Source: Rhizobiaceae bacterium (lineage in GTDB: Bacteria; Pseudomonadota; Alphaproteobacteria; Rhizobiales; Rhizobiaceae). Taken from it: a stretch of DNA of 64,000 nt. A program made the translations under genes and the position numbers. The stretch is from NCBI GenBank assembly GCA_023953845.1, contig JAMLJC010000002.1:55421-119420 (forward strand), given 5' to 3'. The notes below the pieces were generated by a model, which saw nothing but the letters and a program-made list of their open reading frames with translations, had not been told where the DNA came from and made no database searches. This document shows, piece by piece, positions 53,329-64,000 of this stretch (its first letter is position 1; every line of letters starts with the position of its first letter).

Positions 53329-54339
53329 ATGACACTGATTTCAAAGAGCTTACGCGGCATGGCGGCCGGCATCTTCGCCCTGTCGTTGCTGGCCGGGCCG
53401 GTGGTGGCGCAGGACGAGTTCAGCGCCGTCTATGTGATGAGCGACAATCTCGGCGACATGGGATTCAACGACAACGCCAAGACCGGCTTTGACCGCGCGG
53501 AGGCGGAAGGCGCGAAAGTGCGTCTGCTGCAGGCCTCGCCGAGCGATCCGCAGCTTTGGCGCCAGAATCTCGAGGCGGTCTCGAATTCGGGCGAATGGAG
53601 CGTGATCTTCACCGGCCCGAACATGCATGACAACCTCGCCGCCGTCGCGCCGCAGCACCCCGAGCAGAAATATGTCTTCTTCGACGACCAGCTCGACCTG
53701 CCGAACGTGCTGTCCGTGAAGTATGCCCAGAACGAGGGCTCGTATCTGGCCGGCGTCCTTGCGGCGATCGCCGCCACGGACAAGGCGACGTTCCCGCTTT
53801 CTTCAGGCGAACCGAAGATCGCCGTCGTCGCCGGCATGGACCTGCCGGTGATCCAGGATTTCATCGTGGGCTTCAAGCAGGGCGCCGCGACCGTCGTTCC
53901 GGACATCGAGGTGCAGGTTATCTTCATCGGCAGCTTCAACGACGCCCAGAAAGCATACGACCTGACGAAGGCGGCGATCGAGAACGGCGCCAACGTCGTC
54001 TACAACGTCGCGGGTCCGGCCGGCCTCGGCATTCTCAAGGGCGCAGCCGATGCGGGCAAATACGCGATCGGCGTCGACTCCGACCAGAACGGCCTGCATC
54101 CGGACAACGTCATCGCCTCCATGCTGAAGCAGATCGGCAATTCGATCTACGACTCGATAGGCCAGATCCGCGCGGGCAAGGCGGACTTCGGCAAGCTCAA
54201 GATCTATGGTCTCGCCAACGAAGGCGTCGGTCTCGTCTACAACGACAAGCTCGTGCCCGACGCCGTCAAGGCGAAGGTCGACGAAGCGAAGGCCAAGGTC
54301 GTCAAGGGCGAACTGAAGGTCGATACCGCCTTCAAATGA
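53329..54339 (+). CDS. BMP-family ABC substrate-binding protein (purine nucleoside-type)
   Basis: Start at ATG 53329, with signal peptide MTLISKSLRGMAAGIFALSLLAGPVVA. Confidence 0.85.
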   Translation: MTLISKSLRGMAAGIFALSLLAGPVVAQDEFSAVYVMSDNLGDMGFNDNAKTGFDRAEAEGAKVRLLQASPSDPQLWRQNLEAVSNSGEWSVIFTGPNMHDNLAAVAPQHPEQKYVFFDDQLDLPNVLSVKYAQNEGSYLAGVLAAIAATDKATFPLSSGEPKIAVVAGMDLPVIQDFIVGFKQGAATVVPDIEVQVIFIGSFNDAQKAYDLTKAAIENGANVVYNVAGPAGLGILKGAADAGKYAIGVDSDQNGLHPDNVIASMLKQIGNSIYDSIGQIRAGKADFGKLKIYGLANEGVGLVYNDKLVPDAVKAKVDEAKAKVVKGELKVDTAFK

Positions 54340-54404
54340 TGGCTTGATGCGTGACGGGCGAGGAATACGCTTCCCGCCCGTTCCGCCTGCTTTCCGGATG
54401 CGAG

Positions 54405-55943
54405 ATGACCAACACGGACGACATATTGAGGCTGTCGGCGATCGCCAAGACCTTCGGCGAGAAGGTCGCGTTGAAGCACGTCGACCTCGACGTCAAGCGT
54501 GGCGAAGTGCACGTCATCTGCGGCGAGAACGGCGCCGGCAAGTCGACGCTGATGAACATCCTCGCCGGCATCCACCAGCCTTCCTCCGGCTCTATCGTGC
54601 TCAACGGCCGGGAAGTGACCATCGCCGATCCGATCGAGGCGAGCCGGCTCGGCATTGGCATGGTGCATCAGCATTTTACGCTCGTCCCGTCCATGAGCGT
54701 CGCCGAGAACGTCTTTCTCGGCCGGCATGTCCGCAAATGGGGCATCTTTTCCGACAAGGCCGCGATGGTGGCGCGCACCCGCGACCTGATCGCACGCTAC
54801 CGCTTCGGCCTCGACGCCCAGGCGGTGGTCGGCACGCTTTCGGTCGGTCAGCGGCAGCGCGTGGAGATCCTGAAGGCGCTCGCCTTCGATGCGGAACTGC
54901 TGATCCTGGACGAGCCGACGGCGGTGCTGACCCCGCCGGAGGTCGACGAACTGATCGAGGTCATCGCCGGGCTGAGAACGCTCGGGCGCACGATCCTGTT
55001 CATCACGCACAAGCTGCGCGAGGTGAAGGCCGTCTCGGATCGCGTGACGGTCATCCGGCATGGCGAGAGCATCTCGACCCATGCGACGAAAACCGTGAGC
55101 GAAGCCGACATCGCCCGCGACATGGTCGGCCGTAACGTCTTTCTCGTCGGGCGCGGCACCGATGACAGGCCGCGCGCCTTTGGTCCGCCCGTCTTGGCGC
55201 TGAAAAATGTCAGCATGACCAACGCTTCCGGGCGTCTGCTGCTCAATGACGTCTCCCTCGAAGTACGTGCCGGCGAGATCGTCGGTATCGCCGGCGTCGA
55301 CGGAAACGGCCAGACCGAACTGTCGGAGGCCATCGCCGGGCTGATGGAGATCCAGGCCGGTTCGATCATGCTCGGCGGCAAGGACATCACCGGCTTCAGC
55401 GTACCCGAACGGCAGCGTGCCGGCATGGGCTTCGTGCCGGAAGATCGCCTGGATCGCGGCCTTAGCAGGACCATGTCGGTCGCGGAGAACGTCGCCGCCA
55501 GCAACTATCGCCGCGCGCACCTCAAGAGGGGCGGACTGGTCGATCAGAACCGCATCGAGGCATTTGCAAGCGAGAAGATCAAGGAATTCGACATCAGGGG
55601 CGCCGCCCCTTCGACGCCGGTCGGCTGGCTTTCGGGCGGCAACATGCAGAAGGTGGTCATCGCGCGCGAACTCAACCGCGATCCCGACCTTCTGATCGTC
55701 TGCCAGCCGACGCGTGGGCTCGACGTCGGCGCGTCCGAATTCATCTATGCTCGCATCATGACGGCCGCCGACCGGGGCAGGGCGGTGCTGCTGATCTCCT
55801 CGGAATTGTCCGAGGTGTTCGCGCTCTCCGACCGCATCGGCGTCATGTATTCGGGGCAGTTGTTGCGCGTGATCGACAGGAAGGATGCCGATGAAGTGAC
55901 TGTCGGCGCGCTGATGAACGGTTCGCTCGAGGCGGCGGCATGA
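54405..55943 (+). CDS. ABC transporter ATP-binding protein, duplicated ATPase domains
   Basis: GENGAGKST Walker A plus a second NBD (LSGGNMQKV). Start reassigned to ATG 54405. Confidence 0.9.
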   Translation: MTNTDDILRLSAIAKTFGEKVALKHVDLDVKRGEVHVICGENGAGKSTLMNILAGIHQPSSGSIVLNGREVTIADPIEASRLGIGMVHQHFTLVPSMSVAENVFLGRHVRKWGIFSDKAAMVARTRDLIARYRFGLDAQAVVGTLSVGQRQRVEILKALAFDAELLILDEPTAVLTPPEVDELIEVIAGLRTLGRTILFITHKLREVKAVSDRVTVIRHGESISTHATKTVSEADIARDMVGRNVFLVGRGTDDRPRAFGPPVLALKNVSMTNASGRLLLNDVSLEVRAGEIVGIAGVDGNGQTELSEAIAGLMEIQAGSIMLGGKDITGFSVPERQRAGMGFVPEDRLDRGLSRTMSVAENVAASNYRRAHLKRGGLVDQNRIEAFASEKIKEFDIRGAAPSTPVGWLSGGNMQKVVIARELNRDPDLLIVCQPTRGLDVGASEFIYARIMTAADRGRAVLLISSELSEVFALSDRIGVMYSGQLLRVIDRKDADEVTVGALMNGSLEAAA

Positions 55944-56977
55944 TGTCGACCCGTCTCGCGAACTCCTTTCGTGCGATGTACGCGCCTGTCGCGGCCATCC
56001 TGCTCACGCTTGCGCTGGGCTTTCTGCTTGTCGTGGCCGTCACGGATGATCCCGTCCGCGCCTATCGCGACCTTCTGTTCGCGAACTTCGATTCGCTGAG
56101 CAATTTCGCGCTGTTCCTCAACCGCGCAACGCCGCTGACGCTGATCGCGCTAGGCGTGATCTTTTCGTTTCGGGCAGGCATCTTCAATGTCGGCGGCGAG
56201 GGTCAGCTCTACGCCGGCGCGATCACCGCGACGGTGGTCGGCGTCATGCTGGCCGGCCTCCCGGCGATCGTCCTCCTGCCTTTGGCCATCGCGGCGGGCA
56301 TTCTTGCCGGTGCTTTCCTGGGCTGGATACCGGGCGTGCTGAAGGTTCGCTTTGCCGTCGACGAGGTGGTGACGACGCTGATGTTCAACATCATCGTGTT
56401 GCTCCTCACTTCATATCTCTCGAACCAGGTCATCCGCGACACCAAGAGTTATGGCGCCGTGAGCGAGATGGTGCCGCAGAAGATCTGGTTGCCTTCGCTC
56501 CCCGGCGTGCCGGGCGCGACGAACGGCATAATAGTCGCGGTCATCCTGGCCCTGGTCACGTGGCTTGTGCTCTTCCGCACGGAATGGGGTGCGCAGCTTC
56601 GCGCTTCCGGCACCAATCTGCGTTTCGCCAAGGCGGTTGGCATCCCGGCCGGCCAGCGCATCATCACCGCGATGCTGATCGCCGGCGGTTTCGGAGGTCT
56701 CGCCGGAGCACTCTACGTGCTGGGCATCGGCCATCGCTTCGAGCAGAATTTTTCGCCGGAATACGGGCTTGTCGGCCTGACCTGCGCGCTGCTCGCGCGC
56801 ATCCATCCCATCGGGGCGCTCGCGACGGCCATCTTCTACGCGATGATGATCAACGGCTCCGCCTATATGCAGATCTCGACGGATGTGCCCCGCTCGCTGG
56901 TCGATCTGCTGACCGGTCTTCTGGTGCTTCTGATGACCGCGCGGCTGACCGTCGCCGGGGCGAGGGGCCGGTCATGA
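55940..56977 (+). CDS. ABC transporter permease
   Basis: Polytopic, 345 aa; ATGA overlaps on both sides. Confidence 0.85.
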   Translation: MMSTRLANSFRAMYAPVAAILLTLALGFLLVVAVTDDPVRAYRDLLFANFDSLSNFALFLNRATPLTLIALGVIFSFRAGIFNVGGEGQLYAGAITATVVGVMLAGLPAIVLLPLAIAAGILAGAFLGWIPGVLKVRFAVDEVVTTLMFNIIVLLLTSYLSNQVIRDTKSYGAVSEMVPQKIWLPSLPGVPGATNGIIVAVILALVTWLVLFRTEWGAQLRASGTNLRFAKAVGIPAGQRIITAMLIAGGFGGLAGALYVLGIGHRFEQNFSPEYGLVGLTCALLARIHPIGALATAIFYAMMINGSAYMQISTDVPRSLVDLLTGLLVLLMTARLTVAGARGRS

Positions 56978-57897
56978 ACCTCTCATCGTTCCTCGCCTCG
57001 GTCCTCGAGCAATCAGCGCCTATCCTGCTGGCCGCGCTCGCCGCGATGATCACGCTCCGCGCGAACATACTCAACGTCGCGGTGGAAGGCATGATGCTGG
57101 TGGCAGCCTTCGTCGCCATCGCCGTCGGCAACGCGACCGGCAGCGCCGCGCTCGCCTTCTTCGCCGCCGTCATTGCCTCGATCGTGATGTCCCAACTGCT
57201 GGCGCTGATGACGCTACGCTTCTCCGCCGATTTCATCGTCGCCGGCCTCGGCATCAATCTGCTGGCCGCGGGCGGCAGCCTTTTCGCGCTGGAATGGTTC
57301 TACCGCAGCCCCGGCGGCCTGCGGCCCATCACCTTTCCCGACATATGGCATGTGCCCGCGGGCAGCCTGTCCTTCCTGCCGGTGATCGGACCGGCGATCG
57401 AAGGGCAAAGCATCATCCTGCTGCTCGCCTTCCTCGCCATCCCGCTGTCCGCGCTGTTCCTTTACAATACGCCGACCGGCGCCTATCTGCGTGCCGCCGG
57501 CGAGGACGAACACGCTGCGCGCTCGGCGGGTATCAAGGTCGCGCGGATGAAGGCGTTGTCGCTGGCGATCAGCGGTCTTTTCGCAGGGCTTGCCGGCGCG
57601 CAACTCGCCATGGACAAGCTGCATTTCTTTCTGCCGGACATGACGAACGGCAGGGGCTTCATCGGCCTGGCCGCGACGCTGTTCGGGAGCGGCCATCCAT
57701 GGGTCACCGCAGCCGCCTCGGTGCTGTTCGGCTTCTTCGGTGCATTGGGCGACAGGCTTCAGGCCTTTGCGATTCCGTCGCAGTTCGTGCTCATGCTGCC
57801 CTATGTGGCAGCGATCGCCGGCCTCACCTTTGCGAGGTGGCGCATTCATGTCCGCAGCCGCCCGGCCCGGATCGTGGCGAAAGAGGCCAGTTCATGA
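56974..57897 (+). CDS. ABC transporter permease
   Basis: Start reassigned to ATG 56974 (MNLSSFLASVLEQSAPILLAALAAM). Confidence 0.85.
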   Translation: MNLSSFLASVLEQSAPILLAALAAMITLRANILNVAVEGMMLVAAFVAIAVGNATGSAALAFFAAVIASIVMSQLLALMTLRFSADFIVAGLGINLLAAGGSLFALEWFYRSPGGLRPITFPDIWHVPAGSLSFLPVIGPAIEGQSIILLLAFLAIPLSALFLYNTPTGAYLRAAGEDEHAARSAGIKVARMKALSLAISGLFAGLAGAQLAMDKLHFFLPDMTNGRGFIGLAATLFGSGHPWVTAAASVLFGFFGALGDRLQAFAIPSQFVLMLPYVAAIAGLTFARWRIHVRSRPARIVAKEASS

Positions 57898-58829
57898 CGA
57901 TCGCCGGCAGAGATCAGGACTTCGTCTTTCGCGTCGGGGGACACGAGCCCAGACTGCGCGTGGCGCAGGGAGAAGCATTCACCGTCTTCACCGAGGACTG
58001 CTTTTCAGGCCGCCTTGCAACCGTGGAAGGCAAGCCGCGCGAGGTGGCGCCCTATCCGCGTGTCAATCCGCTGACCGGTCCGATCCATGTGGAGGGTGTC
58101 TCGGCAGGCGACATCATCGCGATTCGCCTGATCGCGCTCGAACCCGCGCGCGATTGGGGCGTGGCGACCATCTCGCCGGATTTCGGCCTTCTCTCCGGCA
58201 CGCGCGCCAACCCGAACCTGCAGCAGCCGCAGGACGAGCACGTCTGGATCTGGCGGCTTGCCGCCGATCGTTCCACGCTGGAGACTCCGACGAAGGACGG
58301 CCGCACGCTGCGCGTCCCCTATCGTCCGTTTCACGGGACGCTGGGCGTCGCGCCCGCGCATGGCGAGGTTCGGCTGGCGGTCGCTCCCGGCGATTTCGGG
58401 GGCAATCTCGACATTCCCGATCTCGGTCCGGGGGCTACGCTTTATGTCAGGGCGAATGTCGCCGGCGCGCATGTCTATATCGGCGACGGCCATTATGCGC
58501 AGGGCGACGGCGAGATCGCCGGCACTGCAATCGAAGGCGCCTTCAACACGACTTTGAAGTGCGAACGCGTCGAGATGGACGACGCCTTCGACTGGCCGCG
58601 CTTCGAGAACGATCGTGTCATCGGGGTGATCGGCTGCGCGCGCCCGCTGGACGACGCCTGCCGTATCGCGGTCGCAGGGCTTGTCCGCTGGGTGGCTCGC
58701 CGCGCCGGTCTTGCGCTGCACGATGCGCATCAGCTGGTGACGCAGCGCTGCCGGCTTCGGATCGGCAATCTCGTCAATCCGTCCTTCAGCGTGATGTGTT
58801 CGATCGACAAGCACGCTCTGCCGACGTGA
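57894..58829 (+). CDS. acetamidase/formamidase family protein
   Basis: Start reassigned to ATG 57894 (MTIAGRDQDFVFRVGG...NPLTGPIHVEGVSAGD...GDGHYAQGDGEIAGTAIE). Confidence 0.8.
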   Translation: MTIAGRDQDFVFRVGGHEPRLRVAQGEAFTVFTEDCFSGRLATVEGKPREVAPYPRVNPLTGPIHVEGVSAGDIIAIRLIALEPARDWGVATISPDFGLLSGTRANPNLQQPQDEHVWIWRLAADRSTLETPTKDGRTLRVPYRPFHGTLGVAPAHGEVRLAVAPGDFGGNLDIPDLGPGATLYVRANVAGAHVYIGDGHYAQGDGEIAGTAIEGAFNTTLKCERVEMDDAFDWPRFENDRVIGVIGCARPLDDACRIAVAGLVRWVARRAGLALHDAHQLVTQRCRLRIGNLVNPSFSVMCSIDKHALPT

Positions 58830-59094
58830 TTGCGCGCCCAGGCAGCGTTTTGCTGACGCCGGTGGCCTGACGATCGGCACGGACTTACCTCGCGCTCTGT
58901 ACGGTCGGAGCCAGCTACACGGCACCCGCATTGCCTTCAGTGCTTCTGCGGCACCGATTTTTCCCTGATGCCACCAAATTTCGCAAAAACGTCTCTCATC
59001 AGTAAGTCTACAAATTTTATAGATTTTATCCCGACCGGCGATGTCCGCTGGGTGTCGAGGCGGAAATCAGCCTCATGCAAAAAGGGGTAGACTT

Positions 59095-60111
59095 ATGAAA
59101 AAGGTGCTCTTGGCCGCCCTTGCAGGGCTCTCCCTGGCCATGTCGCTCTCGATCGCCAGCGCGGCTGACGACAAGAAGGTCGTCATAGCTTACCAGACAG
59201 GCTCGGTGCCGTACTTCGTCGGCATCGCCAACGGCGATTTCGCCAAAAAGACCGGTTGGGATATCGAGTTCCGCCGCTTCAATTCGGGCGCCGAAATTTT
59301 CGCCGCCATCGCCTCCGGCGACGTGCAGGTCGGCGATGTGGGCTCCAGTCCTTTCGCGGCCGCCGTAAGCCGGGGGATCGACGTCAAAGGCTTCTTCATT
59401 TCCTTCGTTTCCGGTGACGGCGAGGCACTCGTGGTGCGTCCGGGCATCGAGACGCCGGCCGATCTCAAGGGCAAGAAGCTCGCTGCCGCGCCTGTTTCGA
59501 CCGACCACTATCAGTTGCTCGCGGTGCTCAAGCAGGAAGGAATTTCCGAGCAGGAAGCGCAGGTCATAGCCATCCCACAGCCGGAAATCGTCGCGGCGTG
59601 GAAGCGCGGCGACATTGACGGCGCCTTTGTCTGGGACCCGGCGCTCACGGAACTCAAGAAGGACGGCAAGGTCCTGCTGACGTCAGGGCAGGTTGCCAAG
59701 CGTGGGGCGCCGACCTTCAGCGCGATCGTCGCAACCGGTCCGTTCCTCAAGGAGCATCCTGATTTCATCACGCAATACACGCATCTGGTGGAGGGTTATT
59801 TCCGCTCGTATGCAAGCGATGCGGCCGCTTGGGGCGTCGATTCCGAGAACGTCAAGCTGATCTCGGACCTCCAGGGCGGAACGCCGGCAAACGTCGTCGA
59901 ACAGTTGAAGGCGACGATCGGAGTGCCCCCACTGGAGGAGCAGACTTCCGACAAGTGGCTCGGCGGCGGTGAAAACAGCGGTGTCGCGAAGATACTGAAA
60001 GACACGGCGTACTTCCTCAAGGACCAGAAGAAGATCACGGCCGTCAAGGACAGCTACGCCGAGTTCGCCAATCCGCAATACGCCGAGGCGGCCAAGACCC
60101 TGTCGAACTGA
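59095..60111 (+). CDS. taurine/aliphatic-sulfonate ABC substrate-binding protein (TauA/SsuA-like)
   Basis: Signal peptide [23 protein letters not shown], then [14 protein letters not shown]...[25 protein letters not shown]. Confidence 0.8.
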   Translation: MKKVLLAALAGLSLAMSLSIASAADDKKVVIAYQTGSVPYFVGIANGDFAKKTGWDIEFRRFNSGAEIFAAIASGDVQVGDVGSSPFAAAVSRGIDVKGFFISFVSGDGEALVVRPGIETPADLKGKKLAAAPVSTDHYQLLAVLKQEGISEQEAQVIAIPQPEIVAAWKRGDIDGAFVWDPALTELKKDGKVLLTSGQVAKRGAPTFSAIVATGPFLKEHPDFITQYTHLVEGYFRSYASDAAAWGVDSENVKLISDLQGGTPANVVEQLKATIGVPPLEEQTSDKWLGGGENSGVAKILKDTAYFLKDQKKITAVKDSYAEFANPQYAEAAKTLSN

Positions 60112-60134
60112 TCTGCCTCCCAAGGCGTCAATGG

Positions 60135-60166
60135 GGGCGCGGCCCGACCAGCGGTTGGCCGCGCCC
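60135..60166 (+). other. intercistronic stem-loop (perfect 10-bp stem GGGCGCGGCC / GGCCGCGCCC)
   Basis: Read directly between the SBP and ATPase genes. No T-tract, so it is more likely an mRNA-stability or REP-like element than a terminator. Confidence 0.4.
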
Positions 60167-60170
60167 TCCG

Positions 60171-60980
60171 ATGCGGAGAAAACAAATGCTTGAGGTTCGC
60201 GAAGCCAGTGTCGTCTTCCTGGCGTCCGACGGCAGCAGTGTGCAGGCGCTGGACCGCGTGTCGCTGGACCTGCCTCCGGATTCCATCGTTGTGGCCGTGG
60301 GCGCATCGGGTTGCGGAAAATCCACCCTGCTCAATACGATTGCCGGTTTCCTGCCGCTGACGGAGGGCTCGATCAGGCTGGACGGGGAGCCCATCGAGGG
60401 ACCGGGCGGGGATCGCGGGGTCGTTTTCCAGAAGGACACGCTTCTGCCCTGGGGGTCTGTCCTCGACAACGTCGCCCTCGGGCTCAGATACAAAGGCGTC
60501 CCGAAGCGGGAGCGCCACGAGCGGGCTCGCGAACTGCTGGGTCTCGTCGGGCTGGCGGACTTCGGGAACAGGCCACCCTACGAGCTTTCGGGCGGCATGC
60601 GTCAGCGCGTCGGCATCGCGCGGGCGCTCGCCACCGAACCGAAGATCCTGCTCATGGACGAGCCGTTCGGAGCCCTGGACAGCCTGACGCGCGAGACGAT
60701 GCAGCAGTTGCTTGCCCGCATCTGGGCGCAGACCGGCAAGCAGGTTCTCTTCATCACGCATTCGATCGAGGAGGCGCTGCTTCTCGGCACGACGATCGTG
60801 GTCATGTCGCCAAGGCCCGGCCGCATCGTGGCGCGCTTCGACGCCGACTTCGTGCGCGACTTTGCGAGATCCGGCGAGATCGGACCGATCGTCTCGCGGC
60901 CGCGTTTCGTGGAACTGCGCGAGGAGATCCGGGCGCTCATCCACAATCCTCCCGTTTCCGGACATGGAGCGCTGCAATGA
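60171..60980 (+). CDS. ABC transporter ATP-binding protein (TauB/SsuB-like)
   Basis: [24 protein letters not shown]. Alternative start at ATG 60186. Confidence 0.9.
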   Translation: MRRKQMLEVREASVVFLASDGSSVQALDRVSLDLPPDSIVVAVGASGCGKSTLLNTIAGFLPLTEGSIRLDGEPIEGPGGDRGVVFQKDTLLPWGSVLDNVALGLRYKGVPKRERHERARELLGLVGLADFGNRPPYELSGGMRQRVGIARALATEPKILLMDEPFGALDSLTRETMQQLLARIWAQTGKQVLFITHSIEEALLLGTTIVVMSPRPGRIVARFDADFVRDFARSGEIGPIVSRPRFVELREEIRALIHNPPVSGHGALQ

Positions 60981-61825
60981 CGATAACGGCAGACCTTCCG
61001 CTCGATCTCGCGCCCGCGATCCGCAAGCTTCCGGGTCTTCGACCGGCGAAGCCTTCCCGCGAGAAAGGCACGATCCTGATCGGTCTCGCCACCTTCGCGG
61101 CGCTGGTCGGCTTCTGGTTCGCGGCCAGTCACTTTGGATGGGCCTCACCGCTTTTCCTGCCGTCGCCTGCCGAGGTCGCCGCCCAGTTCCGGGTCGTCGC
61201 GCAGGACGGCTACGCCGAAGGCACGCTTGCCACGCATCTCGGCTCAAGCCTCTGGCGCATCGGTATGGCTCTGGCCCTGGCGATCTTTGTCGGCGTGCCG
61301 CTTGGCCTGACCATGGGCATGAACCGATGGGTGCGCGGCGTCTTCAGCGTTCCGATCGATCTCTATTGGGGCTTGCCGCCGCTGGCCTACCTGCCGCTGC
61401 TGATCATCTGGCTCGGGATCGACGAGACGTCGAAGGTCTTGTTGCTCACGCTCGCCACTTTTGCGCCGGTATGCTTTTCGGCCCAGGCCGGCGTGCGCTC
61501 CGTACCCGTCGAGCGCATCAACGCGGCTCGCTCTCTTGGCGCCAACCGCCTGCAGATATTCGGCACTATCATCCTGCCGTCGGCTCTGCCGGAAATATTG
61601 ACCGGCCTCCGGATCGCCATCGGCGCTGGCCTGTCGACGCTGGTGGCGGCCGAGCTGATCGCGGCAAGATCGGGCGTCGGCTACATGATCATGTCAGCCG
61701 CGAACTTTCTCGCCACCGACATCGTCTTCGTCGGGCTGATCGTCATCGCCGCCCTCGCTTTCAGCCTGTCCGCCGGCATGCGCTGGCTGGAGCGACGGCT
61801 CGTGCCCTGGAAGGGCAAGCTCTGA
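60977..61825 (+). CDS. ABC transporter permease (TauC/SsuC-like)
   Basis: Start at ATG 60977 overlapping the ATPase stop; polytopic. Confidence 0.85.
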   Translation: MTITADLPLDLAPAIRKLPGLRPAKPSREKGTILIGLATFAALVGFWFAASHFGWASPLFLPSPAEVAAQFRVVAQDGYAEGTLATHLGSSLWRIGMALALAIFVGVPLGLTMGMNRWVRGVFSVPIDLYWGLPPLAYLPLLIIWLGIDETSKVLLLTLATFAPVCFSAQAGVRSVPVERINAARSLGANRLQIFGTIILPSALPEILTGLRIAIGAGLSTLVAAELIAARSGVGYMIMSAANFLATDIVFVGLIVIAALAFSLSAGMRWLERRLVPWKGKL

Positions 61826-61858
61826 TTTCCCGAATTCCACGTCAAAAAGGAATATCTT

Positions 61859-63022
61859 ATGTCGAAAGCACCGGATCTCTACTGGTACCTCCCGACGCAT
61901 GGCGACGGCCCCTATCTCGGCACGGACGAGCGCCATCGCCCGGCAACGCTGGGTTATCTCGGCGAAATAGCCAGGGCCGCCGACCGTCTCGGCTTCAAGG
62001 GCGTATTGCTGCCGACGGGAACGCGCTGCGAGGATGCGTGGATAGTCGCAGCCGCTCTGATCCCGCAGACCGAAAGGCTGCGGTTCCTCGTGGCGCTCAG
62101 GCCGGGCAGCGGAACGCCCGGGCTGTTTGCCCGCCATGCAGCGACCCTGGATCGCATTTCCGGCGGCCGCGTTCTCGTCAATGTGGTCACAGGCGCCGAC
62201 CCTGCGGATCTCGCGGGCGACGGCAACAAGCTGTCGCATGCCGAGCGCTATGCGCAGACGGACGAGTTCCTCACCATATGGCGACGCATCCTGTCGGGCG
62301 AGCCGGCGGATTTCGAAGGCAAGTATCTTTCCGCCCACGGCACGGACATTTCCTTCCCGCCGGTTCAGCAGCCATACCCGCCGCTATGGTTCGGGGGGTC
62401 GTCGGATGCGGGCATCGAGGTCGCGGCCAAGCACATCGACGTCTATCTCAGTTGGGGCGAGCCGGTTGAGCAGCTCAGGGAAAAGTTCGATCGCGTACGG
62501 GGGCGCGCCGCCGCCCTTGGGCGCAGCGTTCGCTTCGGCCTGCGCATCAACCTGATCGTCCGGGAGACCGAGGAAGAGGCATGGGCCGCTGCCGACCGTC
62601 TCATCAGCCGCGTGACGGACGACCTCATCGCCGAGGCACAGCACCAATTCACCAGTGTTTCCGAATCCGTCGGCCAGAAGAGGATCTCGGCGCTTCATCA
62701 AGGCCGACGCGACAAGCTGGTGGTGGCGCCAAACCTCTGGGCCGGCCTCGGCCTGGTGCGCGGCGGAGCGGGCACGGCGCTCGTCGGCAGCGCCGAGAAC
62801 GTCGCGGCCCGCATCCGGGAATATCAGGACATCGGTGTCGAGACGTTCATCACGTCGGCCTATCCGCATCTGGAGGAAATCTTCAACGTTTCCGAACTGC
62901 TGTTCCCGGCGCTTGGGCTCGATGGAGAGGCAGCGCCTCCGGAACGGGGATGGGATCTGGAGTTCGGGCGAGGGGGCGCCCCCGGCGTTGTCGCGGCGAC
63001 AAGACGACAGGCCGCCGGGTGA
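61859..63022 (+). CDS. ssuD: FMNH2-dependent alkanesulfonate monooxygenase (LLM class)
   Basis: [18 protein letters not shown]...[49 protein letters not shown] closely recalls SsuD. Confidence 0.8.
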   Translation: MSKAPDLYWYLPTHGDGPYLGTDERHRPATLGYLGEIARAADRLGFKGVLLPTGTRCEDAWIVAAALIPQTERLRFLVALRPGSGTPGLFARHAATLDRISGGRVLVNVVTGADPADLAGDGNKLSHAERYAQTDEFLTIWRRILSGEPADFEGKYLSAHGTDISFPPVQQPYPPLWFGGSSDAGIEVAAKHIDVYLSWGEPVEQLREKFDRVRGRAAALGRSVRFGLRINLIVRETEEEAWAAADRLISRVTDDLIAEAQHQFTSVSESVGQKRISALHQGRRDKLVVAPNLWAGLGLVRGGAGTALVGSAENVAARIREYQDIGVETFITSAYPHLEEIFNVSELLFPALGLDGEAAPPERGWDLEFGRGGAPGVVAATRRQAAG

Positions 63023-63033
63023 AGGAGACAGCG

Positions 63034-63594
63034 ATGTCGCATGCGACGGTAGTGGGGTTCTCGGGAAATATCACGCGCCCCTCCAGAACATTCGCCTTCG
63101 TCGATCACGTCGTGCGGGACATCGCCAGAGCGACGGGTCTGGCGGGACGGACCTACGATATCGAGGATCTCGGTCCGTCGCTTCTGCAGGCCCGGAGTGC
63201 GAGCGACCTCGACGCGCAGGCAAAAGACATAGTCGAGCGGATCATAGGGTCGGATGTTCTCGTCGTCGGGTCGCCGACCTACAAGGGCAGCTACACCGGA
63301 CTGTTCAAGCACGTCTTCGACCTGATCGAGCCGGCTGCCTTACGGGGCAAGCCTGTCGTGCTGACGGCCACGGGTGGCGGCGACCGGCACGCGCTGATAG
63401 CCGAACATTCGCTCCGGCCCCTGTTCGGCTTCTTCGAGGCGCTTGCCCTGCCTACGGCGATATACGCATCAGACCGGGATTTCGTGGACGGCAAAGTCGT
63501 TTCCGACGCCACCCTGCACAGAGTTTCACAGGCGGTCGGTCAGGCTGAAACGGCTTTGAGGTCCATCAAGGATTTCGCACTTGCTGCGGAATGA
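63034..63594 (+). CDS. ssuE: NAD(P)H-dependent FMN reductase (SsuE/MsuE-like)
   Basis: Start at ATG 63034 after GAAGGAG. VVGFSGNITRPSRT...VVGSPTYKGSYTGLFKH. Confidence 0.75.
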   Translation: MSHATVVGFSGNITRPSRTFAFVDHVVRDIARATGLAGRTYDIEDLGPSLLQARSASDLDAQAKDIVERIIGSDVLVVGSPTYKGSYTGLFKHVFDLIEPAALRGKPVVLTATGGGDRHALIAEHSLRPLFGFFEALALPTAIYASDRDFVDGKVVSDATLHRVSQAVGQAETALRSIKDFALAAE

Positions 63595-63668
63595 CCGGCG
63601 TCGAACTCCGAACCTGCTGCTGAACGCCTGGCCCGGCTTATCCAGACTCGGGCGTCTCGTGAGCGCGC

Positions 63669-64000
63669 TCAATCCGGCGCGAAGACCGATTTCACAGCGG
63701 CTGCCGTCTGTCCGGCGATTATGTCGGCTTCCTCCCGGGACAGGCAGAGCGGCGGCGCGAAGCCCAGAATGTCGCCCTGCGGCATGGCCCGGCCGATGAC
63801 GCCGCGCTCCAGAAGCGCCGCGGCCACCTGCGCGCCGATTTTCCTTGCCGGGTCGAAGAAGGTGCGATCGTCGCGGCCCTCGACGAACTCCACAGCCGCC
63901 ATCAGGCCGTCCCCGCGCACCTCGCCGACATTCGCATGGCCGCCGACGGCGTCCGCAAGCGCCTTGCGGAAATAGGCCCCGACCTCGCCCGCGTTTTTCA
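63669..64000 (-). CDS. class III (omega) aminotransferase, 3' part only (5' end beyond window)
   Basis: ...VGEVRGDGLMAAVEFVEGRDDRTFFDP...RGVIGRAMPQGDILGFAPPLCLSREEADII. The frame is open to nt 64000. Confidence 0.75.
   Translation of the reverse strand, partial: KNAGEVGAYFRKALADAVGGHANVGEVRGDGLMAAVEFVEGRDDRTFFDPARKIGAQVAAALLERGVIGRAMPQGDILGFAPPLCLSREEADIIAGQTAAAVKSVFAPD

Noticed and set aside
54237-55520. 427-aa minus-strand ORF
   Set aside because: It is antisense to the duplicated-NBD ABC ATPase, which has Walker and signature motifs.
1-64000. Search by eye for rRNA, tRNA, tmRNA or riboswitch-like leaders
   Set aside because: Nothing resembling a cloverleaf or a known leader was recognised. 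Absence cannot be proven without covariance-model scans.

Overview
GC-rich window with the gene content of an alphaproteobacterial (Rhizobiaceae-like) accessory replicon; the taxon is an inference from gene content only. I see no rRNA, tRNA or CRISPR array. About 55 intact genes sit in tightly coupled transport and catabolic operons, many with ATGA start/stop overlaps. In order these are: (1) a TonB-dependent receptor, MFS, methyltransferase and saccharopine-dehydrogenase-like operon; (2) an M24 peptidase with two tandem HIBADH-like dehydrogenases under LysR; (3) an amine/beta-amino-acid-type catabolic island (polyamine-like ABC importer, M20 amidohydrolase, FAD oxidase, class III aminotransferase, BKACE, thioesterase, GntR); (4) a periplasmic sulfur-trafficking cluster (rhodaneses, CcdA, thioredoxin-like protein, YeeE/YedE); (5) a nucleoside-type BMP ABC system with nucleoside hydrolase and formamidase; (6) a tauABC-like transporter followed by ssuD and ssuE. 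Between these lie decay and mobility scars. An IS3-family element is inserted in an HMGL-like gene, and its target site can be reconstructed. An IS110-family transposase is killed by a single in-frame TAG. There is also a 5'-truncated and frameshifted Cys-rich 690-codon gene, a phage terminase fragment, fragments of cytochrome c, DctP, a BBE oxidase and livF, and frameshifted amidohydrolase and outer-membrane-protein genes. The best candidate for an undescribed system is an orphan YcaO-TfuA (backbone thioamidation type) cassette at 34624-37287. Its only co-transcribed partner is an unrecognisable, compositionally atypical 234-aa ORF behind an AT-rich promoter region, and the cassette lies next to a rearrangement junction. 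The second lead is a 110-aa secreted protein made of nine NPCAA repeats (48281-48613), translationally coupled to YeeE where a TusA/YeeD-type partner would be expected. All family assignments come from reading motifs in the translations; no database search was possible.
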